55,989 nucleotides of DNA from a virus (lineage: Duplodnaviria > Caudoviricetes). Location of the stretch: the IMG/VR virus record IMGVR_UViG_3300020450_000029, positions 1 through 55,989 of that record. The stretch is one strand, 5' to 3'. This document shows positions 27,506 through 37,071 of the stretch, in pieces. A program made the position numbers and the translations under genes. Positions within the stretch are counted from its first letter, which is position 1; each line of letters opens with the position of its first letter. The notes beneath the pieces are model-generated. The model did no database searches. It saw only the letters and a list, made by a program, of their open reading frames with translations, and was not told the DNA's origin.

Positions 27506-30042
27506 GCTTTAAAGATTTTCCAAATGGACTAAATGATATCAATGAGTACTTAGATGCTAGACATCATATAAGTGGTACCAACGCCGCTGGATCTGAGAAT
27601 CTTAAAATCGTAGCTAGTGCTGAGTACAGTTTTACTTTGCGTGAATTATTATGTGGTATGCTAAGTGGTAATGGGTTAAAGTTACCTAATATACAACTTT
27701 GTATGCACAGTAACATCAATGCACTACTAAACATTCCAGGTCTACAAGGTGAACTAAAAGATGCTTTGAACGAATTACAATCTGGTATGGAATCATTTAT
27801 GGATCATACCAAACTTGATGAAGTACTAGGTCGACTAAATGGTGTACTAGCAGAAGCACAAAATGTTGCAAATCTAATTAATTTTTGTGCAACTCCTGTA
27901 GATCCAATTGCAATTCCAAATATGTTAGAACGTGCAATGGGTAGTTTCTTAGGAGCAGGTAAACAACTTATAGATAATATAGGTAGTATTGCTCCAGGAC
28001 AAACCTGTGCTTGTATTAGTGCAACTGGTGGATTTAATGCTAGTGTGTTTAATGGAGGAATATTAGGCACTATAGCAAATAACTTTAGTGCAATTAATGC
28101 TGGTAATTTAGGTCAAAGTGTAATTGACAGTATTAGAACAGATATTAATAGTGTAACAGGATCTATTTCAAGTTTAATTGATTTTGAGAACAATATATCA
28201 GGAAGTTACAGCCAAGGCGGTAGTCAGTTTGGTACACCTGACAGTGGTTGTAATACAGAAATGGGAGTGTTACACAACCCTAACAGTGGTGGAGTTGCAG
28301 GTAATGCAAGAATGGTTGCCCAACTTAAAGGTCTATATGATAGACTAAGTGGTTATCCAGTACAGTATAGTTTAGGCACAGGTGCTGATGGACATCAATA
28401 TGATTCAAACGGCAACCGTATATTACAAGGTGAAATAATTGAATACAGTAATATTTTTCAATTATTGCTTGAACAAAGTCTATTAGATATTATTGCAAGG
28501 GATGATGATCCTACACCTGACATAAACAATCAGATACCTGTATATGATTATTGTGGGAATGTCATTGGTTATACTGCAAATTTTGAACAAAAAACTACTG
28601 GAAAAAGTGCAGGATCCAGTCCAACAACACCTAGTAGTCCAGGATATAATGCCGGAGGACTTACTACTGATGTAAGTAATATTGCTGGTTCAAGTGGAAC
28701 AACAGGTAGCACAACGGTAATAAACAACTTTAATAATACAGGTAATAATTTATTTGTAGTAAACAGTGAAGCAGGTATGCTTAGTATAAATGCTTCAACA
28801 GACGATATTGTTGTTCGTACAGATATACTTACAATTTTTACACGTAAAGACACAACTACTAATAATACAGGAACAGTAACTGACTTTCAACAAGCTACAA
28901 GCACACTGTTTAACTTTTTAAACAATTTAAATGTTGAATCAGGAAGTGGAATAGTTGTAAAAGACAGTGGTGTTAGTAGAGCAAGAAAAGTTGTTGGCGG
29001 AACAGGTCAGATTTCAGTTACCAATGGAGATGGTGCTGGTGGAGATATACAAATTGATCTTGCCTCTAATCCTAGATTTCCAGGTACTGCGGCTATAAAA
29101 ATACCAGCAGGTACTACTGCACAAAGACCAAATACAGAAGTTGGTGAAATAAGATACAACACAGATACACATGCTATTGAAGGTTACTTTGGAGATGTAA
29201 ACAATTGGAAGCAATTGATTACACAAACTGGTAATACTGGTACACTTACAAGTTCAATAAACTTAGGTACTGGTCAACAAGTATTCAAGCAGTTAAACGG
29301 ATCAGAATTACAGTTTAGAACATTAACAAATACTGGTGGTATAGCCCTTACCTCTAGTGGTACAGAAATACAAATTAGTGATAGTCTAACCAGTTCAAAT
29401 GTTGGTTCAGGTAGTCAAGTATTCAAACAACGTAGTACAAATACATTTCAATTTAGAACTATTACAAGTGCTGATAATAGTGTTACAGTTACACAAGGTA
29501 CTGATACTATAGATTTGAGCAGTGATCCAGATGTGTTAGTTAGTGGAAGCACACAAACTACAGACGGTACTGCCCTTGCAGTACAATTTAATAGTGCATA
29601 TCCTGAACCAGCCGCAAATAAAACTTGGTTTTTTGAGATGCGAGCATTAGGTGTTGCTACATCTGGTGAAAAACAAGCATTCAAAGTTGAAGGTGTAGTA
29701 ACTGACAGTAGTGGTACAAAGAGTATAGTAGGAACAAACAGTAAAGTAGATTATCAACGCAGTGGCACCGCAGATTTAGCACAAACTCCATGGGATCCGA
29801 TGTCAAGCTATAATGCAAATGATGTAGTAGAATTTGATCTTAATACATATACTGCAAATAATGCTATAAATGCAACGGGTAATAACTTAGATCCAGCACA
29901 AGATACAACAAATTGGACTGTCACATATACAGGTTGGAACGTAAGTGCTGAAGTAATTGCAAATGCATTTAGGGTCCGAGTAAAAGGTCAAACTGGTAAA
30001 ACAGTAAATTGGAAAGTAAGAATTACAAAAATTGAAGTATAA
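27502..30042 (+). CDS. Tail/baseplate structural protein with fibre repeats
   Basis: IPAGTTAQRP...GEIRYN motif, two VFKQ...FRT repeats, CBM-like WDPMSSYNANDVV. Confidence 0.8.
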   Translation: MSFKDFPNGLNDINEYLDARHHISGTNAAGSENLKIVASAEYSFTLRELLCGMLSGNGLKLPNIQLCMHSNINALLNIPGLQGELKDALNELQSGMESFMDHTKLDEVLGRLNGVLAEAQNVANLINFCATPVDPIAIPNMLERAMGSFLGAGKQLIDNIGSIAPGQTCACISATGGFNASVFNGGILGTIANNFSAINAGNLGQSVIDSIRTDINSVTGSISSLIDFENNISGSYSQGGSQFGTPDSGCNTEMGVLHNPNSGGVAGNARMVAQLKGLYDRLSGYPVQYSLGTGADGHQYDSNGNRILQGEIIEYSNIFQLLLEQSLLDIIARDDDPTPDINNQIPVYDYCGNVIGYTANFEQKTTGKSAGSSPTTPSSPGYNAGGLTTDVSNIAGSSGTTGSTTVINNFNNTGNNLFVVNSEAGMLSINASTDDIVVRTDILTIFTRKDTTTNNTGTVTDFQQATSTLFNFLNNLNVESGSGIVVKDSGVSRARKVVGGTGQISVTNGDGAGGDIQIDLASNPRFPGTAAIKIPAGTTAQRPNTEVGEIRYNTDTHAIEGYFGDVNNWKQLITQTGNTGTLTSSINLGTGQQVFKQLNGSELQFRTLTNTGGIALTSSGTEIQISDSLTSSNVGSGSQVFKQRSTNTFQFRTITSADNSVTVTQGTDTIDLSSDPDVLVSGSTQTTDGTALAVQFNSAYPEPAANKTWFFEMRALGVATSGEKQAFKVEGVVTDSSGTKSIVGTNSKVDYQRSGTADLAQTPWDPMSSYNANDVVEFDLNTYTANNAINATGNNLDPAQDTTNWTVTYTGWNVSAEVIANAFRVRVKGQTGKTVNWKVRITKIEV

Positions 30043-30179
30043 ATAATAAGTCAGAAAAAAGTAAATTTTTTTCTTGACATTCGAGTCATCTTGCCATAAA
30101 CTCTTACTTATATGTAAGAACTAATGGAGAGATGTCATGGCACATCTATTAGAAGTATAGGCAAAAGAAAGGCAAAACA

Positions 30180-30470
30180 ATGAGGTCAAAAGACACTGGC
30201 AATGGTAGAAGAATATTAGCAAAGGTAGAAGTACCGCTGAGTGTAGATGATATTGCGATATATGCATTAAGATATCTAGACGAAACAGGAGATGATGATC
30301 CTAAAGATACTTTAATCAATGCTAATAAAAGACAAATATTTAATATGGCGAAAAATGCCATATACAGATGGGGTACTGAAGAACCTAAAGAATATGTTAC
30401 AGAACATATGAATGGCCATCTACAACCAATTCAAGCATTAGTAAAGCATAAATTTCCGGAGTGTGATTAA
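30180..30470 (+). CDS. Hypothetical protein with GGCA-rich leader
   Basis: 96 aa; promoter TTGACA-17-TAAACT upstream. Confidence 0.8.
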   Translation: MRSKDTGNGRRILAKVEVPLSVDDIAIYALRYLDETGDDDPKDTLINANKRQIFNMAKNAIYRWGTEEPKEYVTEHMNGHLQPIQALVKHKFPECD

Positions 30471-30781
30471 TGGAAAATGTAATCGACTTTGCACTAGAGC
30501 GAGCAAAACGTAAAAGTGGCATAAAAGATACTGCTTTACTAAAAGACATTATAGATGAAGGATTTGATCCTTGTAACAGTATTGATTGTACTAATTATTT
30601 TGAATGGAAGAAGTTTCAAAGTATTATTGTAGAAGATGAAGATATTCAACACAACTGGACAGATGAAGCAATCGACCGGCTGTGGAACGACTTAAAAACG
30701 TTTGATGAAAAACAAACAGTTACAATTGAATTCGACGAACTTTTTCCAAAAGACTTAGATTTAACAAAAAAACCTGAATAA
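30470..30781 (+). CDS. Hypothetical protein
   Basis: Coupled TAATG; MENVIDF. Confidence 0.75.
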   Translation: MENVIDFALERAKRKSGIKDTALLKDIIDEGFDPCNSIDCTNYFEWKKFQSIIVEDEDIQHNWTDEAIDRLWNDLKTFDEKQTVTIEFDELFPKDLDLTKKPE

Positions 30782-30786
30782 AAAGG

Positions 30787-30815
30787 TTGACAGTAAGACA
30801 TCTTGATGCTATACT
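30787..30815 (+). promoter_or_regulatory. Sigma70-type early promoter with spacer AAGACATCTT
   Basis: TTGACA-17-TATACT; near-palindrome at 30795-30804. Confidence 0.85.
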
Positions 30816-30843
30816 GTTTATAGTTAATAAGGAGTCGTAGACA

Positions 30844-31191
30844 ATGAAATTCAAATTATATCAAATACATCTTACAGATGCAGAAGTTGACAAAGTAAAT
30901 GCTGAAGGACATAACAGTGTTCCTAAGCATATGACCAAGTTGGATATGTCTTTCGCTAAAGACGAAGTAGGTTCATTAGCTAAAAAGGCAATGGATAACA
31001 ATTGGTACACACACGTATCAAACATCACTGCTAATGATATTAATCATGTATTTGAAGTAGGTAACATTGGCCCAGAAGAAAACATTGAACGATTGGCTCC
31101 TATGTATTCTGTTAGTGTTAGTGATGTAGTTGAAAATGAAAATGGTGACCAATTTGTGTGTGCAAGTGTTGGTTGGAAGGAAGTTGCTTAA
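30844..31191 (+). CDS. YodL-like early protein
   Basis: KLYQI N-terminus and SVSVSDVV...VGW C-terminus. Confidence 0.55.
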   Translation: MKFKLYQIHLTDAEVDKVNAEGHNSVPKHMTKLDMSFAKDEVGSLAKKAMDNNWYTHVSNITANDINHVFEVGNIGPEENIERLAPMYSVSVSDVVENENGDQFVCASVGWKEVA

Positions 31192-31364
31192 TGTCAGTAC
31201 AAGATACATTAGAAGCCATTGATAGTAAACTAGATGAAGTTGATGCACTCGTAATGAGTATGCCACTTCAAGATAGTGTAAAACGTGATTTAGTCAAGCA
31301 TATCTATACAATGTATGCTGAATTAGAAGAAGCCGTTGAGCTTCGCCCTGCAGACTTTAATTAG
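31191..31364 (+). CDS. Small hypothetical protein
   Basis: Coupled TAATG. Confidence 0.65.
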   Translation: MSVQDTLEAIDSKLDEVDALVMSMPLQDSVKRDLVKHIYTMYAELEEAVELRPADFN

Positions 31365-31372
31365 GAGGCATT

Positions 31373-31552
31373 ATGAACGATCTATTACAGGATATCGAAA
31401 CACTTGAAAGTGCAATCATTAACTTGACAGAAGGTGCAAGTGATGAGAAGCGAATGGCAGTTTATTCGCTAGAGCATATGATTGAACAAAAGAAAGCAAT
31501 AGTAGAAAAGTTTGAGGCAGAAAATGCTCCTCAGACTCTTGACAATCAGTAA
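31373..31552 (+). CDS. Small hypothetical protein (59 aa, not in ORF track)
   Basis: SD AGGAGG; MNDLLQDIETLE...EGASDEKRMA. Confidence 0.7.
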   Translation: MNDLLQDIETLESAIINLTEGASDEKRMAVYSLEHMIEQKKAIVEKFEAENAPQTLDNQ

Positions 31553-31589
31553 AAGAAGTACTATATTGTATACAAAGAAAGGCATCAAT

Positions 31590-31814
31590 ATGAGTACTTA
31601 CGAAGTTGAAACTGTATTTTATAATAATCATGGTGGAATACAAACCAAAAACTATGATCTATTCAGCAATAAAAAACAGGCTGTAAAGCACATGAATAGT
31701 ATAGTTAGACAAAGATTTAATTTAATTCCACGTGGCAAAATCAAAGACGGAAGTGTTCAATTAGTTGACGAAAATGGTCGAATAAAGGAACAAATCAGTC
31801 TTGGCGAATTGTAA
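31590..31814 (+). CDS. Hypothetical protein
   Basis: MSTYEVETVFY; TTGACA promoter upstream. Confidence 0.7.
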   Translation: MSTYEVETVFYNNHGGIQTKNYDLFSNKKQAVKHMNSIVRQRFNLIPRGKIKDGSVQLVDENGRIKEQISLGEL

Positions 31815-31831
31815 ATAACTAAGAGGCAGAC

Positions 31832-32488
31832 ATGTTAAAATTTATCGGCACAGGACTTACGTTATTGTTTAATGGCGTAATTGTAATGACTATTGTGTTT
31901 TTAGGACAAACAAGTTCAATAGCACAAAGTGAAACAAATTATATAGAACCTGAATTACTTAAAGTACAAGTGGTTGCAGTAGATGAAAACAGTATTGAAT
32001 TTGATGTTTATCCTGATTTAATTGAAAGTGCAGAAGCACATTGTTTAGCACTAAATGTATATTATGAAACAAGAAGCGATAACCTTGCAGGTATGTATGC
32101 AGTTAGTGATGTTGTACTCAATAGAGTAAGAGATGATAGATATCCAGATACTATTTGTGAAGTAGTATATCAAGGACCTGTCAGAGAAAGTTGGAAAACA
32201 AAGCAAGATCCAGATTTACCTGACGAAGAAAGAAAATATAATCCTATTAGACACTTGTGCCAATTCAGTTGGTACTGTGATGGCAAAGATGATATACCAG
32301 ATGACGAAACTGGTTGGGCAACTGCTCAGTATGTAGCAGGTAGCATTTTGTATGCCAACAAACACAGAGGTATAACTGAAGGTGCAACACACTATCATGC
32401 AAGTTATGTCAAACCTAGATGGACCAGAGATAGAGGTATGAACCATATAGGTAGAATTGGTGCCCATATATTCTACAGATGGGATTAG
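31832..32488 (+). CDS. Cell wall hydrolase (SleB/Hydrolase_2 family)
   Basis: CLALNVYYETR, VVLNRV, CEVVYQ, CQFSW, GATHYHA, IGAHIFY. Confidence 0.92.
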   Translation: MLKFIGTGLTLLFNGVIVMTIVFLGQTSSIAQSETNYIEPELLKVQVVAVDENSIEFDVYPDLIESAEAHCLALNVYYETRSDNLAGMYAVSDVVLNRVRDDRYPDTICEVVYQGPVRESWKTKQDPDLPDEERKYNPIRHLCQFSWYCDGKDDIPDDETGWATAQYVAGSILYANKHRGITEGATHYHASYVKPRWTRDRGMNHIGRIGAHIFYRWD

Positions 32489-32511
32489 TATAAAATAGCA
32501 TAAATACACTT

Positions 32512-33234
32512 ATGCTAGTAAAAGAAGTAATATCAAACTACAATTTAGCTGAGGGTCCAAACGATCCTCATATTTTTAAAGCCATTTTCTTAGCTGGAGG
32601 CCCTGGCTCAGGAAAGGGCTTTGTTGTGGATAGTATGATGGGTGCAGACGCAACTGGTTTAAAAATAGTAAACAGTGATGATGTATATGAAAAACTTGCC
32701 AGTTTAGCAAAACCAAAACCACTAGATCTAAGTGACCCAGAAGTTGTTGCAAGTCCACAAGGACAAGAAGCTAGAGAAAAAGCAAAACGTTTAACCAAAG
32801 CAAAACAAGGGAACTATATTGATGGTAGACTTGGTTTAATAATTGACGGCACAGCCAAAGATGTTGCAAAAACAGCAGATCAAAAACGAAAGCTAGAGCA
32901 ACTAGGTTATGACACAATGATGGTATTTGTAAACACAAATTTAGATATGGCTCAAAAAAGAAATAAAATGCGACCACGTCAATTACCTGAAGAGATGATT
33001 GAAAAGATGTGGCATGCAGTGCAGGATAACATGATGAAGTTTCAGCAGTTATTTGGTAATGCTAATTTTTACATAGTAGACAATAGCGGAGGTTTGGAAG
33101 ATCCAGACCGTAAGGAAAATTTTGTGGCGGTCGAAAAAAACATAAGAAAATTTGTAACTGAACCACCACGTAGACCACAAGCAAAATCCTGGCTTGCAGA
33201 TCAGCAACAGTCTAGGGCAAATTCCGATAAATAG
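32512..33234 (+). CDS. P-loop kinase (zeta-toxin/AAA_33-like)
   Basis: LAGGPGSGK, VNSDD, IIDGT, RNKMRPR. Confidence 0.8.
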   Translation: MLVKEVISNYNLAEGPNDPHIFKAIFLAGGPGSGKGFVVDSMMGADATGLKIVNSDDVYEKLASLAKPKPLDLSDPEVVASPQGQEAREKAKRLTKAKQGNYIDGRLGLIIDGTAKDVAKTADQKRKLEQLGYDTMMVFVNTNLDMAQKRNKMRPRQLPEEMIEKMWHAVQDNMMKFQQLFGNANFYIVDNSGGLEDPDRKENFVAVEKNIRKFVTEPPRRPQAKSWLADQQQSRANSDK

Positions 33235-33257
33235 TATAAACGGATAAAGGATTTTGC

Positions 33258-33605
33258 ATGTATACATATCAATGCAATACAATTAGAGTGATAGACGGAA
33301 ACACAGTTGATGCAGTCATCGACTTAGGTTTCAATGTAACTATCAGACAGAGAATAAAATTATACGGAGTTAATGTAGATGATATCCGGTCAACAGATGA
33401 AGACAAAAAGAGTAATGCTATTGTAGCAAAAAATAAACTTACTGAATTACTAGGTCAAGAATTCATCTGTGAAACAATTATGAATAAACGAGGTAAAGCT
33501 GGCAGAATAATGGGGAAACTTTTTACATTAGATGCAAGCAAGAGCAAAACAGATGTTAATCAGAAAATGATAGAAGACGGCTATGCCGAAAAGTTTGGAG
33601 ATTAA
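33258..33605 (+). CDS. Thermonuclease (SNase)-like protein
   Basis: RVIDGNTVD, IKLYGVN, GKAGRIMG, NQKMIEDGYA. Confidence 0.8.
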   Translation: MYTYQCNTIRVIDGNTVDAVIDLGFNVTIRQRIKLYGVNVDDIRSTDEDKKSNAIVAKNKLTELLGQEFICETIMNKRGKAGRIMGKLFTLDASKSKTDVNQKMIEDGYAEKFGD

Positions 33606-33607
33606 AT

Positions 33608-35467
33608 TTGTTTTTAGGACTATTAGTTTTTATAACAGCCCTTTGTATTAGTGCAGTAGCAATATATTATAGTATAGCAGGATTGGTAGCTATTTTTGCC
33701 GCCGCGGCTATACCTATAATGATTATGGGCGGAGCATTAGAAGTTGGTAAACTTGTAACCGCAGTATGGTTACACAAACACTGGCGTCGAGCTAAATGGT
33801 GGCTTAGGTACTATCTAGCACTCGCAGTAGTTGTGCTAATGTTTATTACCAGTATGGGTATATTTGGTTTTCTTAGTAAAGCACACATAGAGCAGACCAG
33901 TGCTAGTATTGAAAGTGTAGAACAAGTAGCACGTATAGAAACTGAGCTAGCAAGACAACAAGCAATAATAGATCGAGCTGAAATAAAAATACGTGAAGCT
34001 GAAAACAGTACTGGTAATCGTAATGATGATATCAATGCACAAATAGAAAAAGAACAACAACGTATTGATAGTGCATACGAACGTATCAAACCTGCAATAG
34101 AAGAACAACAAAAAATTATATCAGATGCTAGAGATAGTGATGCAGATAGAACCAAACCATATGAAGACCAATTAACCAAAATTACAGATGAACTAGTACG
34201 GTTAGATAACAATGCTAAAGAATACGAAGCAACTATTGCAGATTTAGATGTTGATAACAGTGCTATAGATCCAATACAAGCACAAATTGCAACTATAAAA
34301 AATACTATAGCAAAAGTTGAAGGACAAATTGCTAGTGGTGAAAGCGAACAAATTAAACAAGCACAACTTACTATTGGTTCAAATGCAGACGGACAAGCAG
34401 GACCAAACACAAGGCGTAGTGCAAATACATGGATTGGATTACAAAAAGAACGTATTAGTGAATTGCAAGAACAAATCTCACAATTAAGAATAGAAGCAAA
34501 AACTACAGTAGACAATGAACGTACACGACTTAGTACTATAGTAAGTGATATACGTAATGTACAAATACCTGCATTGAAAGACAGAGAAGTGCAGATGCTT
34601 GCTAAAATAGATGAAGTTCGTGCAACTGAATCTCCAATAGTAACTACTGCTAGAGACGAAATTGCTAGGATAAGAGCAAGTGCAGATGAACAAGTTAATG
34701 CAAGTCAAACATTAATTCAACAGTTAAGGGAAAAAATTACAGTAGATAGTGGTGCAGATATTGATGCAATTATAGATGCACAAAGTCTACGTATTACAGA
34801 TGCTAACAAATTAATAGATGAACTAACAGAAGAAAAATATACAATTGAAGCAGAGTATAGAAAATTAGAAGCTGAAGTAGGTCCGATTAAATACATTGCT
34901 GAATTTATATATGAAGAAGCAGATAGAGATATACTAGAACAAGCAGTAAGGTGGGTTATCATTACAATCATATTTGTATTCGATCCACTAGCAGTTTTAC
35001 TGTTAATAGCAAGTCAATATACTTTTGAATGGAGAAGCCAAAATGACAACCAAATACGCAGAACAATTGTACAAAATGAACCCGATCCAGAGCCCCAGTC
35101 AACCACTGAGCCAGAAGAGCCAGTCTACGAAGATGTGGACCAAGAAATCATCGATAATGAATTTGCTGAAGAAAAAGTAGAAGATGAAGATGAACTAAAG
35201 TTCATGTTAGAAAAAGCTGACCCAGAAGTTTTGGAAGAAGTAGCAAAAGAACTTGAAATAGAAAAACCGGTTGACAAAGAACCATATGACCCTTATACTG
35301 ATAACAGAGCTGATGAAGAACTTACTAACGATGAATTGGCTCAGAGACAAAACAGAAAACTATATTCACCGGATGGTAGATTAGCGGCTATGCCAAAGAG
35401 AATAAAAAGCATTAAAATAAAAAGTATAGCTGAAAAAGCAGAGGATAATAAAAAAGAGGATGATTAG
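33608..35467 (+). CDS. Membrane-anchored long coiled-coil protein
   Basis: N-terminal TMs, heptads, GPIKYIAE, FVFDPLAV TM, acidic tail. Confidence 0.85.
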   Translation: MFLGLLVFITALCISAVAIYYSIAGLVAIFAAAAIPIMIMGGALEVGKLVTAVWLHKHWRRAKWWLRYYLALAVVVLMFITSMGIFGFLSKAHIEQTSASIESVEQVARIETELARQQAIIDRAEIKIREAENSTGNRNDDINAQIEKEQQRIDSAYERIKPAIEEQQKIISDARDSDADRTKPYEDQLTKITDELVRLDNNAKEYEATIADLDVDNSAIDPIQAQIATIKNTIAKVEGQIASGESEQIKQAQLTIGSNADGQAGPNTRRSANTWIGLQKERISELQEQISQLRIEAKTTVDNERTRLSTIVSDIRNVQIPALKDREVQMLAKIDEVRATESPIVTTARDEIARIRASADEQVNASQTLIQQLREKITVDSGADIDAIIDAQSLRITDANKLIDELTEEKYTIEAEYRKLEAEVGPIKYIAEFIYEEADRDILEQAVRWVIITIIFVFDPLAVLLLIASQYTFEWRSQNDNQIRRTIVQNEPDPEPQSTTEPEEPVYEDVDQEIIDNEFAEEKVEDEDELKFMLEKADPEVLEEVAKELEIEKPVDKEPYDPYTDNRADEELTNDELAQRQNRKLYSPDGRLAAMPKRIKSIKIKSIAEKAEDNKKEDD

Positions 35468-35473
35468 AATTAT

Positions 35474-35899
35474 ATGAGGGAGAATCCCATTTATACTATT
35501 ACTCCTCCTGACATGCATTTACCCGAAGCAGGACCAGTAATCACGGTGTTAAGCAGTGATCCAAATTTTGTAAAAGATATTGAACTGTTGTATAATGATT
35601 TTTTTAAAACAGTACCTATATCATTGTATCATACAAACGGACCAATAGAAGATAATAATTCTGTTTGGATAATTAGTATGATGAGATTTAGCGATACAAT
35701 ATTTGTTGATTTAGACAATATTACAGAACTTGGACTTTTCTGTGCATTACAAGCAAAGAAAAAATCTACAATATATTTTAATCGAAAAAACAAAAGGAAA
35801 AGCATAGTGAAAATTTTAAATACAGTTAATACTTGTGCAGTCTATGATAGTGTTGACGATTATGCAGAAGCGATGTTGCATGGCGTTGAAACACTTTAA
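35474..35899 (+). CDS. Hypothetical protein
   Basis: 141 aa; ITPPD motif. Confidence 0.75.
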   Translation: MRENPIYTITPPDMHLPEAGPVITVLSSDPNFVKDIELLYNDFFKTVPISLYHTNGPIEDNNSVWIISMMRFSDTIFVDLDNITELGLFCALQAKKKSTIYFNRKNKRKSIVKILNTVNTCAVYDSVDDYAEAMLHGVETL

Positions 35900-36416
35900 G
35901 AAACACAGAGTACCTGTAAAGCAGGTCAACGAGTTTATTACACATAATACTTTACGTGTGATTGACGACAACGGGCAGATAGGAATATTATCAAAGAATG
36001 ATGCATTAAATTTATCAGTAAAACGTAACATAGATTTAGTTGTAATAAATGAAAAGAGTGAACCTCCGGTTGCAAAATTATTGAATGCAGGAAAATATTT
36101 CTATGAACAAAAACGCAGAGAAAAAGAAGCGGCAAAAAAACAAAGAGAAAATCAAATTGTTGTTAAAGAAATGCAATTCAGACTAGGTATTGACCAACAT
36201 GATTTTGATACAAAGTGTAAAAGTATAATTAAATTTTTAGAGAAAAATAATAAAGTAAAATGTGTGATACGATATAAAGGCAGAGAAAACAGTAACAAAC
36301 AGGTAGGTTTTGGTATCATGGATCGTATCATGGAATTAGTACAAACTGCAACATGGGACACAAAACCAGCCATTAACGGAAACCGAATGATTGGTATCCT
36401 AATGAGGAAAGAATGA
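35880..36416 (+). CDS. infC: Translation initiation factor IF-3
   Basis: NEFI..LRVID..G.IGI, DLV.I...PPVAK, KEMQFR..IDQHD...FL...KVK..IRYKGRE; start approximate. Confidence 0.9.
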   Translation: MALKHFKKHRVPVKQVNEFITHNTLRVIDDNGQIGILSKNDALNLSVKRNIDLVVINEKSEPPVAKLLNAGKYFYEQKRREKEAAKKQRENQIVVKEMQFRLGIDQHDFDTKCKSIIKFLEKNNKVKCVIRYKGRENSNKQVGFGIMDRIMELVQTATWDTKPAINGNRMIGILMRKE

Positions 36417-36664
36417 ATAAAAGATTTAAACCAATGAGTTCAGATATTAACGACAGATCAGGCTTGTATGTTGAGGTAAGAAACAACGACGTAAACAGAG
36501 CATTGAGACGTTTAAAAAAATTAATGAATCAAGAAGGCATGGTTAAAGACATGCGTAAAAAAGAATTCTATGAAAAACCAAGTGTTATTAAAAAACGTGA
36601 AAAAGCACAAGCACGTAAACGTTGGTTAAAAACACAAGAAAAAAATAAAGAAAATTGGCAATAA
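36413..36664 (+). CDS. rpsU: Ribosomal protein bS21
   Basis: VEVRNNDVNRALRRLKK...EFYEKPS..KR. Confidence 0.92.
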   Translation: MNKRFKPMSSDINDRSGLYVEVRNNDVNRALRRLKKLMNQEGMVKDMRKKEFYEKPSVIKKREKAQARKRWLKTQEKNKENWQ

Positions 36665-36668
36665 AAGG

Positions 36669-36697
36669 TTGACAAATGGGTCAACAAGTATTATATT
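36669..36697 (+). promoter_or_regulatory. Sigma70 promoter for ncRNA, with dyad over the -35
   Basis: TTGACA-17-TATATT; GTTGAC-N6-GTCAAC at 36668-36685. Confidence 0.7.
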
Positions 36698-36704
36698 AAG
36701 TATT

Positions 36705-36910
36705 AATAAGGCGACGGTCTTGTTAGAGTAGTGCAAGGAAACGCACATTTACCAGAGTGTGTAACTTGGCTAGTTAGGGGTGGTACCCAGGCATGGTTGC
36801 AGAAATGCGTTGTGCCACATCGCTCTCCCGAGCGGAACTAGGCTACCTGGCTTTGAGAATGGTATCTCGGTCGACGGTTTGGAGGTATACCCGAATCCTC
36901 CCTACTCACA
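36705..36910 (+). ncRNA. About 200-nt structured RNA with tRNA-like 3' end (possibly manA-motif-like)
   Basis: Closing stem GAGTAG/CTACTC, GGAGG/CCTCC arm, CTAGTT/AACTAG, CGCTC/GAGCG and other stems; own promoter. Confidence 0.65.
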
Positions 36911-37071
36911 TATATCCTTAGTTGGAACTTGACAGTAATTGGATTACAGTCAGACAGATGCGATAAGAAATGGAATGCGTCTAGAGATATGAAAAACACA
37001 AACAAGAAAGGTTGGCACCGTAATATGCCCGCGAGAAGCCAAGGTTAGCTTCTCACATGATAAATAAAAGT

